A stretch of 39,629 nt of DNA from Chthonomonadaceae bacterium (GCA_035295045.1 DATGJU010000429.1:1-39629), one strand, 5' to 3'; shown: positions 17,412-26,459, counted from the first letter of the stretch. Notes: generated by a model from the letters alone, not told the origin. Made by a program: numbers and translations.

Positions 17412-19469
17412 TCAATCAGCCAAAACCGGCAGGAAGATCGCGAATCGCGCGCCGGCGCCTTGCTCGCCAACCTCCCGTATTGCGCCCCGGTGTGCGTCAA
17501 TGATACCCTTCACGATTGAGAGACCGAGGCCCATGCCCTTGACTCGCGACGAAAAAAACGGCTGGAAGATCCGCTCCTTGTGCTCCACGGCGACACCCGG
17601 CCCGGTATCCTCCAGCACGATCTCCACGTAGGGATTGAGCCGCGAGAGGCGCGCGATCCGGGGCAGCCGCGCCGCGGCGGCCATGCCCGTGCGGACGGTC
17701 AGCGTGCCGCCCTCCGGCATGAAGCTGATCGCGTTCTCTATCAGCTCGGACAGCGCGCGCTTCAGCTTCTCCCCATCCAAGGGGAGCGCCGGCAGGTTCG
17801 TGCCGTAATCTTCTATCAGCGCGACGCTGGACCTGCGCGGCATCGTCTCGTTGACCGATTCCCGCACCATCTGGTTGACATCCGTCACACGGATTTTGAG
17901 CTGCGTCGCCATTACGAAGTCACGGAATTCGCGCAGGATGTCCTCCAGCTTGAACACGCCGCGCTCGACGCTCTCGACCAGCGACGCGATCTCGACGATG
18001 CGCTTCGATGCCTCCGCGGGATCGGCCTCGGCGGCGCCCTTAAGCAGGTAGCGCAGCTCGTTCAAGTCCCCCTTGATCGCGAAGGTCCGATTGCCGATCA
18101 TGTGGGCGGATTTCGCGGAGAGCTCGCCCCATGCGGCCATCCGTTCGGAGCGGACGAGGCGGCTGAGGCTCCGGGCGTTGTCCACGGCGTTTCCGAGCTG
18201 GCTGGCAATGGTGCGCAGGACGCGTTCGTCGCTCTCGGTGAATCGCGCGCGAAACCATGCTGGCGCACTGCGCGGGCGCGACGCGCGGATGACGCCGAGA
18301 ATGCGCTCGCCGCCGGGAATCGGTACCGCGAGGAAGGCGCTCAGCTCGTCCGGCGAGAACTCGGGGTACCGGCCGCGCCACCGCGGATCGTCGCGCGGAT
18401 CGTCGAGGCGGATGGCTTCGCCGGTCGCTGCCACGCTGCCCGTGAGGCCCTCGCCGAGCCGGTAGGAGGCCACGCCGATCTGGCTGCGCAGCGAGCCGCT
18501 GGACGCCTGAAGGACGAGCGACTCGCCAGGCTCGTCGAGCAGGAAGACGGAACAGGCCTCGCATCGGAGGGCAAGCGCGGTCACGTTCACCACCCGGCGC
18601 GCCAGCGCGTTCACCTCCGTGGTGGCGGAGAGCTCCAGCCCGATCTCCACGAGGAGCTGCTCGCGCTGGCGAAACTCCTCAAAAGCAAGCGATGCCGCGA
18701 TTCCGTTTGCGAACGTGGTCAGCATGGCGACGTCGTTTGCAGAGAACGCGTCGAGAGTATCGCTGTCCACGTTGAGCACGCCCCGTACGCGCCCCTCTGC
18801 GTCGAAGAAGGGCACGGCGATCTCGCTCATCACGTCGTCGAATGAGAGGATGTAGTGCGGATCGGCACGCACGTCCGGGCAGCAGTACGGCTCGCCCGTG
18901 ATGGCCACGTAGCCCGTGATCCCGCGCTCCGTGCGGTTGTGCGGCTTGAGGCGCAGGAGACGCCGCTCGGAGGTCCAGCCGTCTCCCGCCGTTTCGCCCA
19001 CGACCAGCTCTCCCGTTTCCTGCTCGATCCGCGCGAGAAAGGCGCGCTTGCCCCGGGTTGCGCGCAGTGCCTCCTCGAGCGCCTCGTGGATAAAATTGGG
19101 AGAGTGGCGCTGCGTGAGCGCGAGGGTGAGCAGGCGGTTCGCAGTCTCCAGGAATGCACTGCTCGCGTCGCGCGGCCCGCCGGCAAAGCCGGCGCCGCGC
19201 CGCCGGGAGGTCTTGCTCCGGCCGGCCGGACTTGAGCCCGGTGGATCGGGTCGGTGCGTCCGGAGCCCGCTGGCGGCCCGCGGGTACAGGGGCTCGGGCC
19301 GGTCGGGCGGCGCCTCCGGCCCGGCAGCCGCGTCCGCATCGCGCGCTCCCTGGCGCCGCGCTGGCGGCTGCTGCCCGAGCGGGGAGCGAGTACCGCCGCC
19401 GCCATCCTCGTCGCGCACGCCTTTTTCGTGTGACGGGGCCGGCTCGCCTGCGGACGTTCCATCCATCAT
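17412..19469 (-). CDS. Cytoplasmic sensor histidine kinase: disordered N-terminus, two GAF domains, HisKA-like H-box, HATPase_c
   Basis: No TM segment. The first ~110 aa are Pro/Arg/Gly-rich. Two GAF-like blocks: GYVAITGEPYCCPDV...EIAVPFFDAEGRVRGVLNV and ACSVFLLDEPGESLVL...FLAVPIPGGERILGVIRA. H-box ELSAKSAHMIGNRTFAIKG, N-box LSELIENAISF, G-boxes LEDTGPGV and GMGLGLSIV. Confidence 0.9.
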   Translation of the reverse strand: MMDGTSAGEPAPSHEKGVRDEDGGGGTRSPLGQQPPARRQGARDADAAAGPEAPPDRPEPLYPRAASGLRTHRPDPPGSSPAGRSKTSRRRGAGFAGGPRDASSAFLETANRLLTLALTQRHSPNFIHEALEEALRATRGKRAFLARIEQETGELVVGETAGDGWTSERRLLRLKPHNRTERGITGYVAITGEPYCCPDVRADPHYILSFDDVMSEIAVPFFDAEGRVRGVLNVDSDTLDAFSANDVAMLTTFANGIAASLAFEEFRQREQLLVEIGLELSATTEVNALARRVVNVTALALRCEACSVFLLDEPGESLVLQASSGSLRSQIGVASYRLGEGLTGSVAATGEAIRLDDPRDDPRWRGRYPEFSPDELSAFLAVPIPGGERILGVIRASRPRSAPAWFRARFTESDERVLRTIASQLGNAVDNARSLSRLVRSERMAAWGELSAKSAHMIGNRTFAIKGDLNELRYLLKGAAEADPAEASKRIVEIASLVESVERGVFKLEDILREFRDFVMATQLKIRVTDVNQMVRESVNETMPRRSSVALIEDYGTNLPALPLDGEKLKRALSELIENAISFMPEGGTLTVRTGMAAAARLPRIARLSRLNPYVEIVLEDTGPGVAVEHKERIFQPFFSSRVKGMGLGLSIVKGIIDAHRGAIREVGEQGAGARFAIFLPVLAD

Positions 19470-20095
19470 TCGACGTCCTCGGATCCCGCTGCCGCCCTGC
19501 TGTCACACTCCGGCTGCAGATCGAGCCGCATCAGGCGGTGCTCGATGTTCGCGTCCAGGAATACCGGCCCCTCCGCGACGTAGCCCAGCTTTTCGTAGAA
19601 GGGAATGGCGTAGCACTGCGCCTCCAGCACGATCTGCCGGCAGCCCTGCGCGGCGGCCTGGGAGTGGATGTGGCGCATTAGCGCGGCGCCCACCTTGCGG
19701 CCGCGATGCGCCGCCGCGACCGCCACGCGTCCGATCTTGCCGACGCCCGCGCCCTTGTCCACCAGCCGGGCGGTTGCTATCACCTCGCCGGGAGCATCCG
19801 TCCCGACTGGCAGGCAGGCGACAAAGTGGGTCGCGATCACGTCGTAACCGTCCATCTCTTCGTCCGGCGGTACGCGCTGCTCCTCCACGAAGACCGCCAT
19901 TCGCAGTGCGAACGCCGCTTCGAGCTCCTCGTTCGTGGCGGCGATCCGAATTTCGACCGAACTGTCCGTCAAGCTGTTCGTCCCCCGGAAGGCGTCGCTC
20001 TTCGCCGCGCACTCCCGGATGCATTTCGCCGCGCCGGGCTCCGCTTCCTGCCCTGAAGGCCGGCGGGCAATCTCCCGACTAGTATATCGATTCAA
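19466..20095 (-). CDS. GNAT family N-acetyltransferase
   Basis: GNAT core: IRIAATNEELEAAFALRMAVFVEEQ...RVAVAAAHRGRKVGAALMRH...AIPFYEKLGYV. Its stop overlaps the kinase start (ATGA at 19469-19466). The listed start at 20095 is TTG. An in-frame TTG at 19972 after GGGGGA would remove a 41-aa non-GNAT leader. Confidence 0.85.
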   Translation of the reverse strand: MNRYTSREIARRPSGQEAEPGAAKCIRECAAKSDAFRGTNSLTDSSVEIRIAATNEELEAAFALRMAVFVEEQRVPPDEEMDGYDVIATHFVACLPVGTDAPGEVIATARLVDKGAGVGKIGRVAVAAAHRGRKVGAALMRHIHSQAAAQGCRQIVLEAQCYAIPFYEKLGYVAEGPVFLDANIEHRLMRLDLQPECDSRAAAGSEDVE

Positions 20096-20114
20096 GAAGT
20101 TTTTTGGGATGATG

Positions 20115-20144
20115 TAGACATGCGTTCAGTGTAGGTGTTATACT
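20115..20144 (+). promoter_or_regulatory. Sigma70-like promoter candidate
   Basis: TAGACA (20115-20120), 18-nt spacer, TATACT (20139-20144). It lies in an AT-richer gap upstream of the small ORF at 20260. Confidence 0.35.
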
Positions 20145-20259
20145 GCTGACCTGTCACAGATAGTGGACATCATTCCACATTTAGCCCGCGTTGCGGGGAT
20201 TGACGGGACAGCCGGCTGCGACCGGCAGGCGACGAGATACAGGGAGGGAGAGGCGGGAG

Positions 20260-20529
20260 ATGAGCGCGAAGAATCAGCGGAGCAGCATAGGAGACTATTC
20301 TACTAGCCCGACCGGCCAGGGCTGTCTGTGGACTGCGGCGATAGGCGTGATGGCGGTGCTCGGATTCTCCTATCTGAGCGCCTACACGGGAGTTGTCCGC
20401 GACCCGCTCGACCGGGTAGAGAGCGGCATCGCCGGCGTCTCCAAGCCCGGGATCGGCAAGCCGGTCGGCGCTATCCACGCGCATCGTCGCGCCCGGCATC
20501 GCCGCGTCGCGGCGAAGTACGACGAGTAG
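20260..20529 (+). CDS. Small membrane protein (89 aa), hypothetical
   Basis: ATG at 20260 after GGGAGGGAGAGGCGGGAG. One hydrophobic helix (CLWTAAIGVMAVLGFSYLSAY) and a basic tail. No family recognised. Confidence 0.5.
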   Translation: MSAKNQRSSIGDYSTSPTGQGCLWTAAIGVMAVLGFSYLSAYTGVVRDPLDRVESGIAGVSKPGIGKPVGAIHAHRRARHRRVAAKYDE

Positions 20530-20647
20530 TTTTGCCGCGACCCACGCGAGTTTCTTGAAGCGGGCGATCTCGATTGAACCTTTATAGTCAGCCGCGACCC
20601 TAAGCAGTAAATGGGGTCGGTCTGAATGGCGATAGAGGAGGATCGGG

Positions 20648-21289
20648 ATGCGATCGGATATACCGCTGCTGCAAAACGTTCGCGTCGCGTCGCCGTGCCG
20701 GGCATCGTGGGAGGAGATGGACCCGGTCGATGGCGACCGGGTTCGGTTCTGCGCCGGGTGCCGAAAGCGCGTCTACAACCTGTCTGCGCTCTGCCAGGCG
20801 GAGGCCGAGGGTCTCTTGAGGGAGCACGAGGGCCATCTGTGCGTTCGGTACTATCGCCGGCGCGATGGAACGATCCTTACGGCGGACTGCCCCGTTGGCC
20901 TGCGCGCGGCTCGGCGCCTTGTTCTCGCGCGGACGAAGGCCTCGTTCGGCGCCTGCCTGGCGCTTGCCGCCGCCTTCGCGATGTTCTGGGCGAAGCGCCA
21001 GACGGATCGCCCGACAATGGGCGGCGCGCCGGCCGTAGCCGAACCAGCTATGGGCCAGCGAGTGATAAGTGAGCCGCCGCCCGAGGTGATGACCGGCGCT
21101 ATCGCCCTGAAATCGCCGGACAGGTCGGCCGGCGGGAATTGGGAGGAGGGCGGGCCTGCGATCAGCCCTCGAACACGTGAACCGATTCGCGGCGAGGACG
21201 TGATGGGCAAAATCGCGTGTCCGCCGCCGGAGCGTATCGGCTCCGTGGAGGTCGGCGAGATGGGAGCGCCGACTCGCGCCGCAAAATAA
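20648..21289 (+). CDS. Single-pass membrane protein with N-terminal Cys-rich zinc-ribbon-like module
   Basis: SD GAGGAGGA 5 nt before the ATG. N-terminus SPCRASWEEMDPVDGDRVRFCAGCRKRVYNLSALCQAEAEGLL...HLCVRYYRRRDGTILTADC. TM helix FGACLALAAAFAMFWA. This N-terminal module recurs in hypothetical proteins of Planctomycetes and Myxobacteria (from memory). Confidence 0.7.
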   Translation: MRSDIPLLQNVRVASPCRASWEEMDPVDGDRVRFCAGCRKRVYNLSALCQAEAEGLLREHEGHLCVRYYRRRDGTILTADCPVGLRAARRLVLARTKASFGACLALAAAFAMFWAKRQTDRPTMGGAPAVAEPAMGQRVISEPPPEVMTGAIALKSPDRSAGGNWEEGGPAISPRTREPIRGEDVMGKIACPPPERIGSVEVGEMGAPTRAAK

Positions 21290-21661
21290 GTGCGGCCGCT
21301 GGCCGCGCGCCGGGCGCGCGGCGAGGATCGCCCCGAACTGGCTGTTCGCAAGAGCGACCGCCGCCTCATTCGAGAGTCGCTCGCCTTCGGCCGCTGCGGC
21401 GCGCCGCCAGATAGGCGAAGAGGCAACGGTCTTCTGCGGTCGGAACCTTCCCGCCGCGGCGCCCCCCCCCGTCGAACCGGGCGCCCAATCCACCAGGCAG
21501 GCTTGCGTGCCGCGATTCCAACATATCAACTCTTCCAGCAGGTACGGGAGGTGATTGCCGATCCGGAGCGCGCGGTTACTGTGCGAGGCGGGAGTGACAG
21601 GGCGGGACGCATGGAGCGAAGAGTGCGTATGGCGTCGGTGAGGGCCGTGTGGTTGTTCGGT

Positions 21662-23884
21662 CTACCTAGGCTGCACGTCCAGCGGGAACGCGGTAGCCTT
21701 CCACTTCGCGCCGATCGTGCTGGCCGCCGTTGCGTCCCGCGTGGTCGCGTTCGCGAGCAGCCGGCCAAAGGGATCGTTCAGCTCGGAGCCGCCGCGGCTG
21801 CCGGCCGCCGGAAGGCCACGGGACCGGATCGCGGGCACATCGAAGAGCGGTGCGAAATTCGCCTTGTTTTCCGTGGCGATCAAGATGAACGTCTCATGGC
21901 CGATCGGCTCCGTGAACTCGTATACAGCGTAGACGCCCGCGTCCTTCTCCAGAGGTAACCAGCGCTCGTTGACCGGAATCAAGTTGTCGATCGCGGCGGA
22001 CGGTACGGGCCACAGCGGGCCTATCGTGCCGTCCGGTCCGAGGTCGGCAATCGTCACGTACGCCGGCTTTGGTCCCCGGTTTCGGAGCTGCAGCCGAAAG
22101 AGCTGGCCAACTCGGGGCCGCGTTTCGCCGACGGCATCCGGAGCCAGCACGCGTATGTCGCGCTTCCACGCGTAGGTTCCCTTTTCGACTGGGTTTTCCG
22201 TTCCTTCGATCAGCACGATCTGAAGCTCGACGTGAATGTCCTGCCCGGCCTCCCAGCCGGGCCGGCTTGAGATGACCGGCAGATTGGACATGAGGCGGCG
22301 GCGAGTTTCGCGCCGCAGCGTCTCCCCGATGAGGTCCGCAAGCTTTTCATCATTTGGAAGCGACTGGATGAACGTGCCGTCGCCCGCCTCCGCGCTGAGA
22401 AGGCCGCCATCGGCGCGCCGGAACAGGACGAGACTCTCACGGGCCGCCGGGTCCGCGCCGCGGAGCGTCATGGAGCGCGGAGCGCCGGCCGGGTTCTTGA
22501 CGACGATCGTCCAGCCGCCGCCGGCAGCCGCCTGCGGCCGATGGTCCAGCCGGCCGAACGCCTCCGCGGCCGGGCAGATCTGAACGTCCCACGCATCGCC
22601 CACCGCGAGTGCCGCCAGACCGGTCTTGGTTAGCTCTCCGAGCGACTCGGCGATCTCTTTCGCGCGTGGGTGCATGGGGATGCGGCTGGTGTCGACGCGG
22701 ATCGGCTCTTCGCTATATACCATGCGCGTTACCCGCGCCCGTCCGGCGGCCAGATCGGCCAGGTGTTTGCCGGGCGCGTACTGGACGTTCAGCGACGACT
22801 CGAAGGCGCCCGGCGCGCTGACGGTCGCCGTGGCGATCGGCGTCCGGAAAGTCGTGTCTCCACTGGGGTAGATCGAGACTTCGGCGCCCATTCCAATCCC
22901 CACGAGCGTCCCGCCTTCGAGTAAGACGGCCGGCGGGCTCGCGTCGGCGTCGGTTTTGATCTCGAAATACCGCTTGGGCTCCAGGAGTCTGCCTCCCAGC
23001 AGCGAGGCGTCGAGCGGGCCCTCGATCTGCGGCGTCTGGCTCAGGCCCATGGTGCGCATCATCGTGGTGATCTGGTAGAAAAGGTCGCGATACGTGGTCT
23101 CGCTGGTCGCGGGGGCCAGCGCCTGGACCAGCGCATGGCTGAGCGAGCCCATCCGGACGCGTTTCACCTCGGTCTCGAAGTCCGATTCGTCGCTGCGGCA
23201 CGCCGAGATCGCTGTGAAGGGCTGGTCCGCGAGCGCGTTCGCTGGCAGGAATGGGCCTCGCCGCTCAAGCCGCGATTCATAGTCCGGGACGAACACGCGC
23301 TCGAACCCGCGCTTCCTGGGGCCGGGGTCGCGCGTGACCGTACCGGAGTGACAAGAGTCGAACGTCAGCAGAAAGGCAGTGAGCTGCCTGTCCCTGGCCG
23401 ACGCGAGCGTTCTTGCCAGCTCTTTGTCGCGGATGTCGTTGCTGCCGTCCTTTATCGACACGTAGTCGGAAGGCACAAGTGTCTGATCGAAGCCGAGGAT
23501 ATCCGCGTCATCCTTCACCTGCGAGCCATGGCCGGAGTAGTGGAAATAGAGGATATCGTTCGGCCGCGAGCCGGCGATGAACGACGCGAGCGCTCCCAGG
23601 ATCGCGCTCTTCTTCGTCAGCTCCGCGGTATCCAGGACCCGCACCTCGTCGAACTTCAACACGCCCTTCAACAGATCACCGAGCCGCTTGACGTCCTCCA
23701 GCGTATTGAGATCCTGCGCGCTGTCGTCGTCGCCGTTCCGGTAGTAGCCCTGGACGCCGACGATCAGCGCCCGCTTCCTGGGCGCGAGCTGCGCCTGACG
23801 GAATGCGGCGGCAGAGTGCGCGCCGAGCGTCAGCGACGCCGCGGCGCCTGCCACAAACGTTCTGCGAGAGACGGGACGGTTCAT
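21662..23884 (-). CDS. Tat-signal caspase-fold protease (peptidase C14) with C-terminal DUF4384-like domain (paralogue A)
   Basis: ATG 23884-23882 lies 7 nt after GGAG. MNRPVSRRTFVAGAAASLTLGAHSAAA matches the twin-arginine S-R-R-x-F pattern. Catalytic His in FHYSGHGSQ and catalytic Cys in TFDSCHSGT. C-terminal GQLFRLQLRNRGPKPAYVTIADLGPDGTIGPLWP looks like DUF4384. The track start at 24040 is a TTG with a non-signal leader. Confidence 0.93.
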   Translation of the reverse strand: MNRPVSRRTFVAGAAASLTLGAHSAAAFRQAQLAPRKRALIVGVQGYYRNGDDDSAQDLNTLEDVKRLGDLLKGVLKFDEVRVLDTAELTKKSAILGALASFIAGSRPNDILYFHYSGHGSQVKDDADILGFDQTLVPSDYVSIKDGSNDIRDKELARTLASARDRQLTAFLLTFDSCHSGTVTRDPGPRKRGFERVFVPDYESRLERRGPFLPANALADQPFTAISACRSDESDFETEVKRVRMGSLSHALVQALAPATSETTYRDLFYQITTMMRTMGLSQTPQIEGPLDASLLGGRLLEPKRYFEIKTDADASPPAVLLEGGTLVGIGMGAEVSIYPSGDTTFRTPIATATVSAPGAFESSLNVQYAPGKHLADLAAGRARVTRMVYSEEPIRVDTSRIPMHPRAKEIAESLGELTKTGLAALAVGDAWDVQICPAAEAFGRLDHRPQAAAGGGWTIVVKNPAGAPRSMTLRGADPAARESLVLFRRADGGLLSAEAGDGTFIQSLPNDEKLADLIGETLRRETRRRLMSNLPVISSRPGWEAGQDIHVELQIVLIEGTENPVEKGTYAWKRDIRVLAPDAVGETRPRVGQLFRLQLRNRGPKPAYVTIADLGPDGTIGPLWPVPSAAIDNLIPVNERWLPLEKDAGVYAVYEFTEPIGHETFILIATENKANFAPLFDVPAIRSRGLPAAGSRGGSELNDPFGRLLANATTRDATAASTIGAKWKATAFPLDVQPR

Positions 23885-24043
23885 CGCTTTGCTCCACACG
23901 CGTTCGGGAGCCGACGCGCACAGGTTGGCTGAAAGTGTCTTCCGGTAGATGTTCGAGGCACGGTGCTGAGCCATCCGCTCCGTCGGCGTCGCCCTTTCCC
24001 TGCTCATGCGAGTAGATTGGAGGCTGCCGACTGTTAACAAGAC

Positions 24044-24072
24044 ATTCTACCAGCAGAACAGGGAGATGGAAA
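24044..24072 (-). promoter_or_regulatory. Promoter candidate for caspase paralogue A (extended -10)
   Basis: Reverse strand: TTTCCA (24072-24067), 17-nt spacer, TG-g-TAGAAT (TG at 24052-24051, hexamer 24049-24044). Confidence 0.4.
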
Positions 24073-24133
24073 GGTTAAAGGACACTCTGTTGCGGTTGTA
24101 GAAATGCGATGCATACCGCGCATCGTAACCGTG

Positions 24134-24142
24134 TGATAGTAT
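24134..24142 (+). promoter_or_regulatory. Extended -10 candidate for caspase paralogue B operon
   Basis: TG-a-TAGTAT at 24134-24142, 42 nt upstream of ATG 24184. No convincing -35 element. Confidence 0.3.
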
Positions 24143-24183
24143 TGTGGTAGTCATCCTCTTGCACCTGGGAGAAACCGTTGACC

Positions 24184-26442
24184 ATGCAGATAAGTCGCAG
24201 AGCTCTTCTCGCTGTGGGCGCAGGCGCATTACTGGTCCCGGAGGTCGCGGTCGCCCGGCGTGCGCCCGCGGCCGGCGCGCCGGGGCGGAAGCGCGCGCTC
24301 ATTATCGCCATCGACAAGTACGCCCGCGAGAACGACCCGCACTCGGCGCGCGACCTGCACTGCCAGCGGGATGCCATGCTCCTCCAAAAAGTGCTGGAGT
24401 TCCACGGCTTCGCCGTGACCGCCAGGCGTAAACCGGAGGAGACACAAGGGCAGGGGATCAAGGATGCCCTGGCCGGCTTCCTGGCCGATACTCAGCCCAA
24501 CGACGTGCTGTTTGTACACTACTCCGGCCATGGCTCGCAGGTGGAGGATCCCGGCGACCCTCTGGGCTTCGATCAGACCCTGGTTCCCTCCGACTACAAG
24601 TCGACGAACGACGGCGCCAATGACGTTCCGGACAAGGTGCTTGCCGGAATCCTTCGGGCGGGTCTATCGAAAGTCAGGCCGGCCGCCTTCCTCCTCACAT
24701 TCGATTCCTGCCACTCGGGCACCATAACGCGCGACAGCGGCGTCGGGGAGCGGCGCGGGTTCGAGCGGGCCATCGCGAAGGGACTGCGCCGCGCGCTCGA
24801 CATGAAGCCCGGCCTCTACGCATCGGAGGCGATCGCGCAGCAGGGCTTCACCGCAATCTCCGCGTGCCGAAGCGCCGAGTCGGCGGTCGAGATCGACGAC
24901 GACGGCGAGCAGATGGGGGCGCTCAGCTACGCGCTGGTCAAGGCGCTTGGCGCCGCAACCGAGCTGACGACGTACCGCGACCTATTCGAAAACGTCACCT
25001 GCATCATGCGAGCAAAGGGCACGAGCCAGACGCCGCAGATGGAGGGTACGCCCGACCAGAAGCTGTTTTCCGCCGGCACGATCCAGCCGCGATCCTATAT
25101 CAAGATAGAGCGCGTCGACGACAAGGCCGTTCTGAAAGCCGGAAAGCTGATGGGAATCGAGGCCGGGACCAAGCTGGCTGTCTTCGCGCCGGACGCCGAC
25201 CTCAAGACCGGCAAATCGGTCGAAGGGGTGGTGAAGAACCCCGGCCTGACGGTGTCGGAGATCGAGGCGCCCGGCATGACCGTGACGGAGCTGAATGGCT
25301 GCCGCGCGGTCGTCACGGCGCTGGCATACCATGAGACGCCGCTGAAAGTCAGCGTCGCCCGGATCAGGCAGCATCACGGGTATGCGGCCATCGCGAAGAC
25401 GCTCGACGATATGAAGTCGCGCGGGCTGGTCGTGACGACAGAGGCGGACAAGGGCTGGGACATCCAGATTTGCCCCGCGGCCGAGGCGTGCAAAGGCGGA
25501 TTGCAGGGCGCGCAGCGCGGCGCCGGCGAGCGATGGGACGTCGAAGTGGCGCCCGTGCCGGGATCGGGCGTCGCGGAGCCGCGCAAGATGACGCTCGTGG
25601 GCGCGGACCCGTCGCTCAAGGAGAGCGTGATACTGCTTCGGGGTGATTCGTCGCTCCTCGCGTGCCAGGTCCGGCGCGTCACGCCAGACGGTAACAAGAA
25701 GGTCTCGCTCACCTCGCTTGCCGGCGACGATACGCTTCCAAGGAATATCGAGATCGCCCTGACGCGCGAGACGCGCCATCGCCTGATGTCGGGCCTGGTA
25801 GAAAAGCCGGGCGACGCCGACATCCATATCGAGATGCGGCTGTTCGAGTGCAACACGCAGCCCGACCTTGATCATCCGGGCAAAGTGGTGTACGTGTCCG
25901 ACAAGGGCAAGGGACCGCTTGCGTCCAGCCGGGACGCGATGCCGACGCTCAAGCTGGGCTCGCACTTCCGCATCGAGATGCGCAACACCGGCACAGTCAA
26001 GGCGCACGTGGCGCTGGTGGATCTCAATCCGCAGGGCGGAATCGGCCCGATGTGGCCCAATCCCGAAGCCGCGTCGATCGACAACGACTCGAACGTGATC
26101 CTTCCGGCCGAGCAGGGTAAGGAGGCGCCCTGGATCCCGCTCACCATGGGCAAGGGCGAGCCGTACAAACTCTGGACGGTCAGCGAACCGGTGGGGGTCG
26201 AGACGCTCGTCGCCATCGCCACGCGCGAATTTGCGGACTTCGGCCCGCTGTTCGACCTGCCGGCCGTGGATCGCGGCATGAGCGGCAAGCGCGGGCCGGG
26301 TCCGGAGATCAACTCGCCACTCGGCAAGCTCTTTGCGAACTACACGAAGCGCGACGCCGACTCCGACAGCGAGGTACCGAATAACTGGACCGCAAGCGCT
26401 TGCCACGTCGCGTTTGCGGCGCCGGAGCGGCCGGCGCAGTGA
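24184..26442 (+). CDS. Tat-signal caspase-fold protease (peptidase C14) with C-terminal DUF4384-like domain (paralogue B)
   Basis: ATG 24184 after GGGAGA (the track start at 24178 is TTG). MQISRRALLAVGAGALLVPEVAVA. Catalytic His in VHYSGHGSQ and catalytic Cys in TFDSCHSGT. GSHFRIEMRNTGTVKAHVALVDLNPQGGIGPMWP looks like DUF4384. Colinear with paralogue A over its full length. Confidence 0.93.
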   Translation: MQISRRALLAVGAGALLVPEVAVARRAPAAGAPGRKRALIIAIDKYARENDPHSARDLHCQRDAMLLQKVLEFHGFAVTARRKPEETQGQGIKDALAGFLADTQPNDVLFVHYSGHGSQVEDPGDPLGFDQTLVPSDYKSTNDGANDVPDKVLAGILRAGLSKVRPAAFLLTFDSCHSGTITRDSGVGERRGFERAIAKGLRRALDMKPGLYASEAIAQQGFTAISACRSAESAVEIDDDGEQMGALSYALVKALGAATELTTYRDLFENVTCIMRAKGTSQTPQMEGTPDQKLFSAGTIQPRSYIKIERVDDKAVLKAGKLMGIEAGTKLAVFAPDADLKTGKSVEGVVKNPGLTVSEIEAPGMTVTELNGCRAVVTALAYHETPLKVSVARIRQHHGYAAIAKTLDDMKSRGLVVTTEADKGWDIQICPAAEACKGGLQGAQRGAGERWDVEVAPVPGSGVAEPRKMTLVGADPSLKESVILLRGDSSLLACQVRRVTPDGNKKVSLTSLAGDDTLPRNIEIALTRETRHRLMSGLVEKPGDADIHIEMRLFECNTQPDLDHPGKVVYVSDKGKGPLASSRDAMPTLKLGSHFRIEMRNTGTVKAHVALVDLNPQGGIGPMWPNPEAASIDNDSNVILPAEQGKEAPWIPLTMGKGEPYKLWTVSEPVGVETLVAIATREFADFGPLFDLPAVDRGMSGKRGPGPEINSPLGKLFANYTKRDADSDSEVPNNWTASACHVAFAAPERPAQ

Positions 26443-26459
26443 GTTTGGAGCGTCCGCGA

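Noticed and set aside
18916-20082. 388-aa + strand ORF across the kinase N-terminus and the GNAT gene
   Set aside because: It is an extreme Arg/Pro/Ser-rich antisense artefact. The - strand carries GNAT and GAF-kinase motifs.
21290-21661. ORFs 21290..21958 (+), 20600..21529 (-) and 21526..21768 (-) in the convergent gap
   Set aside because: They are Arg-rich with no RBS and overlap well-supported genes. I treat the gap as non-coding.
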